Positions 1 through 8,627 of a stretch of 32,000 nucleotides of DNA are shown one piece after another; the stretch's first letter is position 1; each line of letters begins with the position of its first letter. A program made the position numbers and the translations under genes. Below the pieces are notes generated by a model. It was not told the DNA's origin, did not search any database, and saw only the letters and a list, made by a program, of their open reading frames with translations. Source of the DNA: Mycobacterium tuberculosis H37Rv (GTDB lineage: Bacteria > Actinomycetota > Actinomycetes > Mycobacteriales > Mycobacteriaceae). Location: positions 3,720,001 through 3,752,000 of the forward strand of contig NC_000962.3 in NCBI RefSeq assembly GCF_000195955.2, in the 5' to 3' direction.

Positions 1-782
1 TCACCACCGCCGCCACCACCGCTGCCGGCGCCGCCACTGCCGGCAGCGCCCCCGGACTGCGGAACACCAGCAGGCGGCTCAACCTCTGGCGGCGGGGGCG
101 GCGGCTGTTGCGGCGGCGCTGGTCGCGGTGGCGGCGGTGCCACGATCGGCGGGGGTGGAATCAGGGTCTGCGCCGCCGGCGGCGGTACCGGAATCGGCGG
201 CGGATTCGGTATCAGGGGATCCCCCGCGCGAACCGCTCCGAGCACCGAGGCAAGCATCGCACCCGTCGGTTCCCGCCATCCCGGCGACATGATGGTCATG
301 TCCGACACCGACGCCCGCAGGTCGCTTCCCGAGTTGACCGCGCTGCGCGTGGACGCCGCAACGCGATGCGTCGGTTCATTCGATCCCGGCTCGAAATTGG
401 CCATGGCGAACGCCATCTTGCTGTGATGGTTCGGGCAGTAGATCTCCACTGCCGCACTGATAAATCGGGTCATGGTCGTCGTGAGGCGGACAGGGTAGAG
501 GCGCATGACCGGGTCTATGTTGTAGGCATCGTTGCGTAACCCGTCCACAATGTCGTTCACCGGCATGCCGCCATCGAGTTTGCGACACACTTTGTGGGCC
601 GCGTCGATGACGCGAGGCACATTCGCGACGGCGGGGATTTCCTTTTTCTCGAGCAGCGCCAGAAACCGATCGTCTTGGTTTGGGTCGGCCGCTGCTGGGC
701 CGTCGTGCAGAATTGCGGCGCCGATCAGCACCACTAAGGCGGCACCCAGGGCGCCGGCATGGCTAGCGATGCCGGTGAACAT
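1..782 (-). CDS. DUF732-domain secreted protein with proline-rich C-terminal tail (Rv3333c-like); 3' end runs off the window start
   Basis: My own minus-strand translation from ATG 782-780, with an in-frame TAG at 803-801 just upstream. It reads MFTGIASHAGALGAALVVLIGAAILHDGPAAADPNQDDRFLALLEKKEIPAVANVPRVIDAAHKVCRKLDGGMPVNDIVDGLRNDAYNIDPVMRLYPVRLTTTMTRFISAAVEIYCPNHHSKM..., giving a signal peptide plus the DUF732 pattern (FL..L....I, VC..L, YCP). It continues as ..PNPPPIPVPPPAAQTLIPPPPIVAPPPPRPAPPQQPPPPPPEVEPP.. and stays open to base 1. It is absent from the ORF track because no stop lies in the window. Confidence 0.8.
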   Translation of the reverse strand, partial: MFTGIASHAGALGAALVVLIGAAILHDGPAAADPNQDDRFLALLEKKEIPAVANVPRVIDAAHKVCRKLDGGMPVNDIVDGLRNDAYNIDPVMRLYPVRLTTTMTRFISAAVEIYCPNHHSKMAFAMANFEPGSNEPTHRVAASTRSAVNSGSDLRASVSDMTIMSPGWREPTGAMLASVLGAVRAGDPLIPNPPPIPVPPPAAQTLIPPPPIVAPPPPRPAPPQQPPPPPPEVEPPAGVPQSGGAAGSGGAGSGGGGGG

Positions 783-1215
783 GATGGGGTTTCCGTTCTG
801 CTAAAAGCCGTTACCTGGCGGGCTTTGGATCGCGATCCACGCCATAGGTGTGGCTGTCTGGTCAGGTTTGACCGGCGCCATGATGTCGTTTCACAGCGCC
901 GATGCAGTCTGGGAGGGGACCAGGGCATGGGTGCATTGAGGAGCCAGATCCAGAGAACCACACCGGAGCCGCTGGCCGAGGCTCATCCACAAGCCTTCGA
1001 TCCCGCTCCCGTTGTCGGCATGGGCGCCTGCCGACGGAATCAGCGGATGGTCATAGTGGCGTCGGGCGCCAGGCCTGCGCGGGCACACGCGGTGCGGTGT
1101 CGATGGTTGTTCTCATCTGGTAACTCCTTTCCGCAGGCCGCAATTCAGCGGTATGGGCTCACCGAGATCAGGCTCGTCACGATCGCCCGCACTGCTGGCG
1201 GCTCACATGTACCCA

Positions 1216-1246
1216 GTGTTAACCTTCTAGTGCACTAGAAGGTCAA
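1216..1246 (-). promoter_or_regulatory. Candidate MerR-type promoter on the minus strand: -35 TTGACC, 19-nt spacer (the dyad), -10 TAACAC
   Basis: The reverse complement of 1246-1216 reads TTGACC-ttctagtgcactagaaggt-TAACAC. A 19-nt spacer containing the dyad is the hallmark layout of MerR-family activated promoters. The plus strand offers no comparable hexamers. Confidence 0.45.
1222..1243. promoter_or_regulatory. Perfect 22-bp inverted repeat ACCTTCTAGTGCACTAGAAGGT; predicted operator of the adjacent MerR-family regulator
   Basis: The sequence equals its own reverse complement over 1222-1243. It lies 13 nt upstream of the MerR-family ATG (1257). The outer half-sites ACCTTC/GAAGGT resemble CueR/MerR-type boxes. 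Confidence 0.7.
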
Positions 1247-1256
1247 GGGGAGTCGC

Positions 1257-1697
1257 ATGAAGATCAGCGAGGTAGCCGCGCTCACCAACACCAGCACCAA
1301 GACCCTCCGCTTCTACGAGAACTCGGGGCTGCTGCCGCCGCCTGCACGCACAGCATCGGGGTATCGCAACTATGGACCCGAGATCGTGGATCGGCTGCGG
1401 TTTATCCATCGGGGCCAAGCGGCCGGGCTGGCATTACAGGAAGTACGCCAAATCCTGGCCATCCACGACCGCGGCGAGGCGCCGTGCGCACACGTCCGCC
1501 AACTACTGAGCACCCGCATCGACGAAGTCCGCGCGCAGATCGCCGAACTGATTGCCCTCGAAGGCCACTTGCAGACCCTGCTTGACCACGCTTCATATGG
1601 CCCGCCCACCGAACACGACCACTCCACGGTGTGTTGGATCCTGGAAAGCGACCTCGATGAGCCCACCGCCATCGAGGTCAGCGACATTCACGCCTAG
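1257..1697 (+). CDS. MerR-family (heavy-metal-responsive CueR/ZntR-like subgroup) transcriptional regulator (Rv3334-like)
   Basis: 146-aa ORF. The N-terminal wHTH MKISEVAALTNTSTKTLRFYENSGLLPPPARTASGYRNY aligns with the CueR/ZntR N-termini. A long coiled-coil helix follows (RIDEVRAQIAELIALEGHLQTLL). [10 protein letters not shown] lies 5-6 nt upstream of the ATG. Confidence 0.93.
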   Translation: MKISEVAALTNTSTKTLRFYENSGLLPPPARTASGYRNYGPEIVDRLRFIHRGQAAGLALQEVRQILAIHDRGEAPCAHVRQLLSTRIDEVRAQIAELIALEGHLQTLLDHASYGPPTEHDHSTVCWILESDLDEPTAIEVSDIHA

Positions 1698-1730
1698 AGG
1701 TCGCTGGGTACGCGGGCTGGCCCACGGGTT

Positions 1731-2600
1731 TTACGCCGAAGCCGTCGCCGCCCACGCGGTGGCGAACAGGATCAGCCACGCGGTGACGAACGCGAACACC
1801 ATCAAGCCCAGCACCGGCCCGAACACCGCGCCCGCCGGGCTGCGCAACACTATCTGCAGGTAGATCGCCCCCACCTGCTTGAACAGCTCGAAGCCGACCG
1901 CCGCCATCAACCCGGCCCGCGCCGCGGTGACCAAACCGACCGGCTCCCGCGGCAGCCGGCCAATCATCCAGGTGAACAGCACCCACGACACCAGCACCGA
2001 TACCAGCACCGAGATGCCCCGAAAGATCTCGTCGAACACTGAAAACTGGGGTATTTCAAGCCATCTCAGTACCGCAGCCATCGGCCTGGCATGGCCGAGC
2101 ACGGTGAGCGCGATGGTGGCCACGATCACCACGAACGTCCCCACCATGGCCGCTAGATCCGACAGTTTGGTGCGCAAGTAGCCCGCCGGAGCGACTGGAT
2201 GTGCCCACATCTGGCTCAACGCTTCCCGCAGGTGCCACATCCAGCCCAGGCCCACCCAGGCCGCGGTCGCCAGACCGATCACCCCGACCGACGCGCGTGC
2301 ATCGATCGCCGAATTCATCAGGTCGACCAGCTGCTGTCCCACCGCACCGGAGACCGAGGTGCGGATGCGCTCCTCGAGCGTGGTCAGCAGCTCCGGACGA
2401 CGCGACAACGCGAATCCACCCACCCCGAAACCGACCATCAGCAAAGGAAATATCGCAAAGATCGTGTAGTAGGTGAGTCCGGCCGCAAAAAGACTGCCGT
2501 TGCGATCGTTAAAGCGCGTGAACGCACGCACGACATGGTCCAACCACCCGAACCGGGCCCGCAGCCGGTCAAGCACCCCTGGCTCGGCGAGCTCGCCCAT
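1731..2600 (-). CDS. YihY/BrkB (RNase BN-like) family integral membrane protein (Rv3335c-like)
   Basis: 289-aa ORF with multiple hydrophobic segments. It carries the family signature FAAGLTYYTIFAIFPLLMV near the N-terminus. It starts 20 nt downstream of the trpS stop, so it is probably co-transcribed. Confidence 0.85.
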   Translation of the reverse strand: MGELAEPGVLDRLRARFGWLDHVVRAFTRFNDRNGSLFAAGLTYYTIFAIFPLLMVGFGVGGFALSRRPELLTTLEERIRTSVSGAVGQQLVDLMNSAIDARASVGVIGLATAAWVGLGWMWHLREALSQMWAHPVAPAGYLRTKLSDLAAMVGTFVVIVATIALTVLGHARPMAAVLRWLEIPQFSVFDEIFRGISVLVSVLVSWVLFTWMIGRLPREPVGLVTAARAGLMAAVGFELFKQVGAIYLQIVLRSPAGAVFGPVLGLMVFAFVTAWLILFATAWAATASA

Positions 2601-2620
2601 GATCGACTGCCCTACCCCCG

Positions 2621-3646
<1,026 letters not shown>

Positions 3647-3655
3647 TCACGCGGG

Positions 3656-4042
3656 GTGCCCTCCCCGTCGACCACCGGTCACCACGCTGCTTGCGGTACC
3701 GGCGGTACCGGCTTTAGTGTCGGCTCTATGCGCAGTCCGATACGCGTGGGTTCGGGAGAGCCGGTCCTACTGCTACACCCGTTCTTGATGTCCCAAACGG
3801 TGTGGGAGAAGGTCGCCCAGCAGCTGGCCGACACCGGCCGCTTCGAGGTATTTGCCCCCACGATGGCCGGCCACAACGGCGGACCGGCCTCGGGCACCCG
3901 GTTTTGTCCTCGGCGGTGCTGGCCGACCACGTCGAACGCCAGCTCGACGAACTGGGCTGGGAAACCAGCCATATCGTCGGCAACTCGTTGGGCGGCTGGG
4001 TCGCGTTCGAACTCGAACGACGTGGCCGGGCACGCAGCGTGA
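3656..4042 (+). CDS. alpha/beta-hydrolase, N-terminal fragment of a frameshift-split gene (Rv3337-like); only about residues up to ..MAGHNGGPASGT look genuine
   Basis: Frame 2 gives ..MRSPIRVGSGEPVLLLHPFLMSQTVWEKVAQQLADTGRFEVFAPTMAGHNGGPASGT (typical hydrolase N-terminus and oxyanion region). It then degenerates into an Arg/Ser-rich tail up to the stop at 4042. Possible starts are GTG 3656 or ATG 3728. The upstream part of the 304-aa track ORF is antisense to trpS and is not credible. Confidence 0.7.
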   Translation: MPSPSTTGHHAACGTGGTGFSVGSMRSPIRVGSGEPVLLLHPFLMSQTVWEKVAQQLADTGRFEVFAPTMAGHNGGPASGTRFCPRRCWPTTSNASSTNWAGKPAISSATRWAAGSRSNSNDVAGHAA

Positions 4043-4548
4043 CCGGTATCGCCCCGGCGGGCGGTTGGACCCGCTGGAGTCCGGTCAAGTTCGAAGTGAT
4101 CGCTAAGTTCATCGCAGGGGCGCCGATCTTGGCCGTCGCCCACATTCTTGGCCAACGGGCGCTTCGGCTGCCGTTCAGCCGCCTGCTGGCCACCCTGCCG
4201 ATCAGCGCCACACCGGACGGCGTGAGCGAGCGCGAGCTGTCCGGCATCATCGACGACGCCGCGCACTGCCCGGCCTATTTTCAGCTGCTGGTCAAGGCGC
4301 TGGTGCTGCCCGGGCTGCAGGAGTTGGAACACACCGCCGTGCCCTCGCACGTGGTGCTGTGCGAGCAGGACCGGGTGGTCCCTCCCAGCAGGTTCAGCCG
4401 TCATTTCACCGACTCACTGCCGGCGGGCCACCGGCTCACCGTGCTCGACGGCGTCGGTCACGTTCCGATGTTCGAGGCTCCGGGGCGCATCACTGAGCTG
4501 ATCACCAGCTTCATCGAAGAGTGCTGCCCGCATGTCCGGGCCAGTTAG
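3904..4548 (+). CDS. alpha/beta-hydrolase, C-terminal fragment of the same split gene (Rv3338-like), carrying the nucleophile elbow
   Basis: Frame 1 gives VLSSAVLADHVERQLDELGWETSHIVGNSLGGWVAFELERRG (GxSxG elbow) ... LCEQDRVV ... LDGVGHVPMFEAPG (catalytic Asp/His regions). TTG 3904 is the first plausible start in this frame after the junction. There is no independent RBS or N-terminal region. Confidence 0.75.
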   Translation: MSSAVLADHVERQLDELGWETSHIVGNSLGGWVAFELERRGRARSVTGIAPAGGWTRWSPVKFEVIAKFIAGAPILAVAHILGQRALRLPFSRLLATLPISATPDGVSERELSGIIDDAAHCPAYFQLLVKALVLPGLQELEHTAVPSHVVLCEQDRVVPPSRFSRHFTDSLPAGHRLTVLDGVGHVPMFEAPGRITELITSFIEECCPHVRAS

Positions 4549-4553
4549 CGGGC

Positions 4554-4613
4554 GCGAGCAGACGCAAAATCGCCCATTTCGGCACGAAATTGGGCGATTT
4601 TGCGTCTGCTCGC
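4554..4613. terminator. Long near-perfect hairpin (~27-bp stem, 1 bulge, 5-nt loop) exactly filling the gap between two convergent stop codons; putative bidirectional terminator
   Basis: GCGAGCAGACGCAAAATCGCCCA-TTTC ggcac GAAAtTGGGCGATTTTGCGTCTGCTCGC, paired base by base (4554:4613 ... 4580:4586, with T4590 bulged). It is flanked by TAG 4546-4548 (plus-strand gene) and the icd1 stop at 4615-4617. There is no U-tract on either side. Confidence 0.6.
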
Positions 4614-4614
4614 C

Positions 4615-5844
4615 CTAATTGGCCAGCTCCTTTTCCAGGTTGTCGGCGATCGCATCGAGGAATTCCTCGCTATTCAGCCAGTCCTGCTCCGGACCGATGA
4701 GGATCGCGAGGTCCTTGGTCATCTTCCCGCTCTCCACCGTGGCGATGACGACGGACTCCAGCTTGTGGGCGAAGTCGATGACTTCGGGAGTGCCATCCAG
4801 CTTGCCGCGATGCTGTAATCCGCGGGTCCAGGCAAAGATCGACGCGATCGGGTTTGTTGAGGTCGGTTTACCGGCCTGATACTGCCGGTAATGCCGGGTG
4901 ACGGTGCCGTGGGCGGCTTCGGCCTCGACTGTCTTGCCGTCGGCCGTCATCAGCACCGACGTCATCAGGCCCAGCGAGCCGTAGCCCTGTGCGACGGTGT
5001 CCGACTGCACGTCGCCGTCGTAGTTCTTGCACGCCCAGACGTAACCGCCTTCCCATTTCAGGCAGGCGGCGACCATGTCGTCGATCAACCGATGCTCGTA
5101 GGTCAGCCCCGCCGCTTCGAACTGCGCCTTGAATTCCTCTTCGTAGACGCGCTCGAACTCGTCTTTGAACATCCCGTCGTAGGCCTTGAGGATGGTGTTC
5201 TTGGTGGACAGATATACCGGCCATTTCGCGTTGAGGCCGTAGGAGAACGACGCGCGCGCGAAATCCCGGATGGATTCCTTGAAGTTGTACATCCCCAGCA
5301 CGACGCCGCCGTCCTCGGGGATGGACACCATTTCGTGCACGATCGGCGCGCTGCCGTCGGCGGGCGTGAAAGTCAGTGTGACGGTGCCCGGTTGGTCGAC
5401 CTTGAAGTTCGTCGCCCGATATTGGTCACCAAAAGCGTGCCGGCCGATGACGATCGGCTTGGTCCACCCCGGAACCAGTCGCGGCACATTAGAAATCACG
5501 ATAGGTTCGCGAAAGATTGTGCCGCCCAAGATGTTCCGGATTGTCCCATTGGGCGACAGCCACATCTTCTTCAGGTTGAATTCCTCGACACGGGCCTCGT
5601 CGGGGGTGATCGTCGCGCACTTTACGCCCACACCGTGTTTCTTGATCGCATACGCCGCGTCGATCGTCACCTGGTCGTCGGTGGCGTCGCGGTGCTCGAT
5701 GCCCAAGTCGTAATAGTCCAAGCGGATGTCGAGATAGGGAAGGATAAGCATGTCCTTGATGAGCTTCCAGATGACACGGGTCATCTCGTCACCGTCGAGC
5801 TCTACGACCGGACCGCTGACTTTTATCTTGGGTGCGTTGGACAT
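4615..5844 (-). CDS. icd1: NADP-dependent isocitrate dehydrogenase, eukaryote-like homodimeric type (subfamily II)
   Basis: The ORF reads [86 protein letters not shown]..., colinear with IDH1/IDP-type enzymes. The track ORF starts 4 codons earlier (ATG 5856, MWTPM...). ATG 5844 gives the 409-aa form I recall for Rv3339c. Confidence 0.95.
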   Translation of the reverse strand: MSNAPKIKVSGPVVELDGDEMTRVIWKLIKDMLILPYLDIRLDYYDLGIEHRDATDDQVTIDAAYAIKKHGVGVKCATITPDEARVEEFNLKKMWLSPNGTIRNILGGTIFREPIVISNVPRLVPGWTKPIVIGRHAFGDQYRATNFKVDQPGTVTLTFTPADGSAPIVHEMVSIPEDGGVVLGMYNFKESIRDFARASFSYGLNAKWPVYLSTKNTILKAYDGMFKDEFERVYEEEFKAQFEAAGLTYEHRLIDDMVAACLKWEGGYVWACKNYDGDVQSDTVAQGYGSLGLMTSVLMTADGKTVEAEAAHGTVTRHYRQYQAGKPTSTNPIASIFAWTRGLQHRGKLDGTPEVIDFAHKLESVVIATVESGKMTKDLAILIGPEQDWLNSEEFLDAIADNLEKELAN

Positions 5845-5970
5845 GGGAGTCCACATCAGATTACTAGCAGCCCGCGCGGGCCCCTAGCGGCCGGTAAAGG
5901 GCCAGTTGAGACCGCCGGAGTTGTGCTTTGAGTTGGCACTGAGTAGCTGCCATGCGCTAGGCTTCGAGTC

Positions 5971-6090
5971 GGTCATGAGCGCCAGCGTCAAGCCCCGGCT
6001 TGCTGGCCGGCAACCCTCCAACCGCGGTGGGGTGCCCCGGGTGATGACCAGGTTGAGTAGCCATCGCCGGCTGCGCGGCAAGCGCGGGTC
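5971..6090 (+). promoter_or_regulatory. SAM-IV riboswitch aptamer in the 5' leader of the methionine-biosynthesis operon
   Basis: GGTCATGAGCGCCAGCGTCAAGCCCCGGCTTGCTGGCCGGCAACCCTCCAACCGCGGTGGGGTGCCCCGGGTGATGACCAGGTTGAGTAGCCATCGCCGGCTGCGCGGCAAGCGCGGGTC is near-identical to the mycobacterial SAM-IV RNA used for structure work, as I remember it. Helices are visible directly: GGTCAT/ATGACC, GCCAGC/GCTGGC, GTAGCC/GGCTGC (one G-U pair), and CGCG-GCAA-CGCG (GNRA loop). A TANNNT -10 candidate TAGGCT lies at 5958-5963, 7 nt upstream of G5971. Confidence 0.85.
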
Positions 6091-6126
6091 CGCCATGACG
6101 GGCCCCTGACCAGACGGGGAAAGCTC

Positions 6127-7476
6127 ATGAGCGCCGACAGCAATAGCACCGACGCCGATCCGACCGCGCATTGGTCGTTCGAAACCAAACAGATACACGC
6201 TGGTCAGCACCCTGATCCGACCACCAACGCCCGGGCTCTGCCGATCTATGCGACCACGTCGTACACCTTCGACGACACCGCGCACGCCGCCGCCCTGTTC
6301 GGACTGGAAATTCCGGGCAATATCTACACCCGGATCGGCAACCCCACCACCGACGTCGTCGAGCAGCGCATCGCCGCGCTCGAGGGCGGTGTGGCCGCGC
6401 TGTTCCTGTCGTCGGGGCAGGCCGCGGAGACGTTCGCCATCTTGAACCTGGCCGGCGCGGGCGATCACATCGTGTCCAGCCCGCGCCTGTACGGCGGCAC
6501 CTACAACCTGTTCCACTATTCGCTGGCCAAGCTCGGCATCGAGGTCAGCTTCGTCGACGATCCGGACGATCTGGACACCTGGCAGGCGGCGGTACGGCCC
6601 AACACCAAGGCGTTCTTCGCCGAGACCATCTCCAACCCGCAGATCGACCTGCTGGACACCCCGGCGGTTTCCGAGGTCGCCCATCGCAACGGGGTGCCGT
6701 TGATCGTCGACAACACCATCGCCACGCCATACCTGATCCAACCGTTGGCCCAGGGCGCCGACATCGTCGTGCATTCGGCCACCAAGTACCTGGGCGGGCA
6801 CGGTGCCGCCATCGCGGGTGTGATCGTCGACGGCGGCAACTTCGATTGGACCCAGGGCCGCTTCCCCGGCTTCACCACCCCCGACCCCAGCTACCACGGC
6901 GTGGTGTTCGCCGAGCTGGGTCCACCGGCGTTTGCGCTCAAAGCTCGAGTGCAGCTGCTCCGTGACTACGGCTCGGCGGCTTCGCCGTTCAACGCGTTCT
7001 TGGTGGCGCAGGGTCTGGAAACGCTGAGCCTGCGGATCGAGCGGCACGTCGCCAACGCGCAGCGCGTCGCCGAGTTCCTGGCCGCCCGCGACGACGTGCT
7101 TTCGGTCAACTATGCGGGGCTGCCCTCCTCGCCCTGGCATGAGCGGGCCAAGAGGCTGGCGCCCAAGGGAACCGGGGCCGTGCTGTCCTTCGAGTTGGCC
7201 GGCGGCATCGAGGCCGGCAAGGCATTCGTGAACGCGTTGAAGCTGCACAGCCACGTCGCCAACATCGGTGACGTGCGCTCGCTGGTGATCCACCCGGCAT
7301 CGACCACTCATGCCCAGCTGAGCCCGGCCGAGCAGCTGGCGACCGGGGTCAGCCCGGGCCTGGTGCGTTTGGCTGTGGGCATCGAAGGTATCGACGATAT
7401 CCTGGCCGACCTGGAGCTTGGCTTTGCCGCGGCCCGCAGATTCAGCGCCGACCCGCAGTCCGTGGCGGCGTTCTGA
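6127..7476 (+). CDS. metC: O-acetylhomoserine sulfhydrylase / aminocarboxypropyltransferase (MetY-type PLP enzyme; annotated metC in M. tuberculosis)
   Basis: 449-aa ORF of the Cys/Met-metabolism PLP family: [17 protein letters not shown], the PLP-lysine motif [10 protein letters not shown], and the C-terminal [21 protein letters not shown] lies 6 nt upstream. Confidence 0.95.
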
Positions 7477-7487
7477 GGAATTCTGAC

Positions 7488-8627
7488 ATGACGATCTCCG
7501 ATGTACCCACCCAGACGCTGCCCGCCGAAGGCGAAATCGGCCTGATAGACGTCGGCTCGCTGCAACTGGAAAGCGGGGCGGTGATCGACGATGTCTGTAT
7601 CGCCGTGCAACGCTGGGGCAAATTGTCGCCCGCACGGGACAACGTGGTGGTGGTCTTGCACGCGCTCACCGGCGACTCGCACATCACTGGACCCGCCGGA
7701 CCCGGCCACCCCACCCCCGGCTGGTGGGACGGGGTGGCCGGGCCGGGTGCGCCGATTGACACCACCCGCTGGTGCGCGGTAGCTACCAATGTGCTCGGCG
7801 GCTGCCGCGGCTCCACCGGGCCCAGCTCGCTTGCCCGCGACGGAAAGCCTTGGGGCTCAAGATTTCCGCTGATCTCGATACGTGACCAGGTGCAGGCGGA
7901 CGTCGCGGCGCTGGCCGCGCTGGGCATCACCGAGGTCGCCGCCGTCGTCGGCGGCTCCATGGGCGGCGCCCGGGCCCTGGAATGGGTGGTCGGCTACCCG
8001 GATCGGGTCCGAGCCGGATTGCTGCTGGCGGTCGGTGCGCGTGCCACCGCAGACCAGATCGGCACGCAGACAACGCAAATCGCGGCCATCAAAGCCGACC
8101 CGGACTGGCAGAGCGGCGACTACCACGAGACGGGGAGGGCACCAGACGCCGGGCTGCGACTCGCCCGCCGCTTCGCGCACCTCACCTACCGCGGCGAGAT
8201 CGAGCTCGACACCCGGTTCGCCAACCACAACCAGGGCAACGAGGATCCGACGGCCGGCGGGCGCTACGCGGTGCAAAGTTATCTGGAACACCAAGGAGAC
8301 AAACTGTTATCCCGGTTCGACGCCGGCAGCTACGTGATTCTCACCGAGGCGCTCAACAGCCACGACGTCGGCCGCGGCCGCGGCGGGGTCTCCGCGGCTC
8401 TGCGCGCCTGCCCGGTGCCGGTGGTGGTGGGCGGCATCACCTCCGACCGGCTCTACCCGCTGCGCCTGCAGCAGGAGCTGGCCGACCTGCTGCCGGGCTG
8501 CGCCGGGCTGCGAGTCGTCGAGTCGGTCTACGGACACGACGGCTTCCTGGTGGAAACCGAGGCCGTGGGCGAATTGATCCGCCAGACACTGGGATTGGCT
8601 GATCGTGAAGGCGCGTGTCGGCGGTGA
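7488..8627 (+). CDS. metA: Homoserine O-acetyltransferase (MetX-type; annotated metA in M. tuberculosis)
   Basis: 379-aa ORF with MetX blocks: [42 protein letters not shown], and the nucleophile elbow [12 protein letters not shown]. It starts 11 nt after the metC stop and has a GAGGA SD. Confidence 0.95.

Noticed and set aside
108-1238. Plus-strand ORFs 108-539, 532-804, 759-1238 and 902-1123
   Set aside because: The first two are antisense to the DUF732/proline-rich gene, whose minus-strand reading is clearly the real one. The others lie in the intergenic leader and are Arg-rich with no motifs or RBS.
4891-5931. 346-aa plus-strand ORF opposite icd1
   Set aside because: It is antisense to a well-conserved IDH. 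No motifs are present, making it a typical GC-rich shadow ORF.
5884-7635. 583-aa minus-strand ORF covering the riboswitch, metC and the start of metA
   Set aside because: It is antisense to two strongly supported enzymes and to a structured RNA. Its translation is Arg/Gly/Val-rich and low-complexity, as expected for the reverse frame of high-GC coding DNA.
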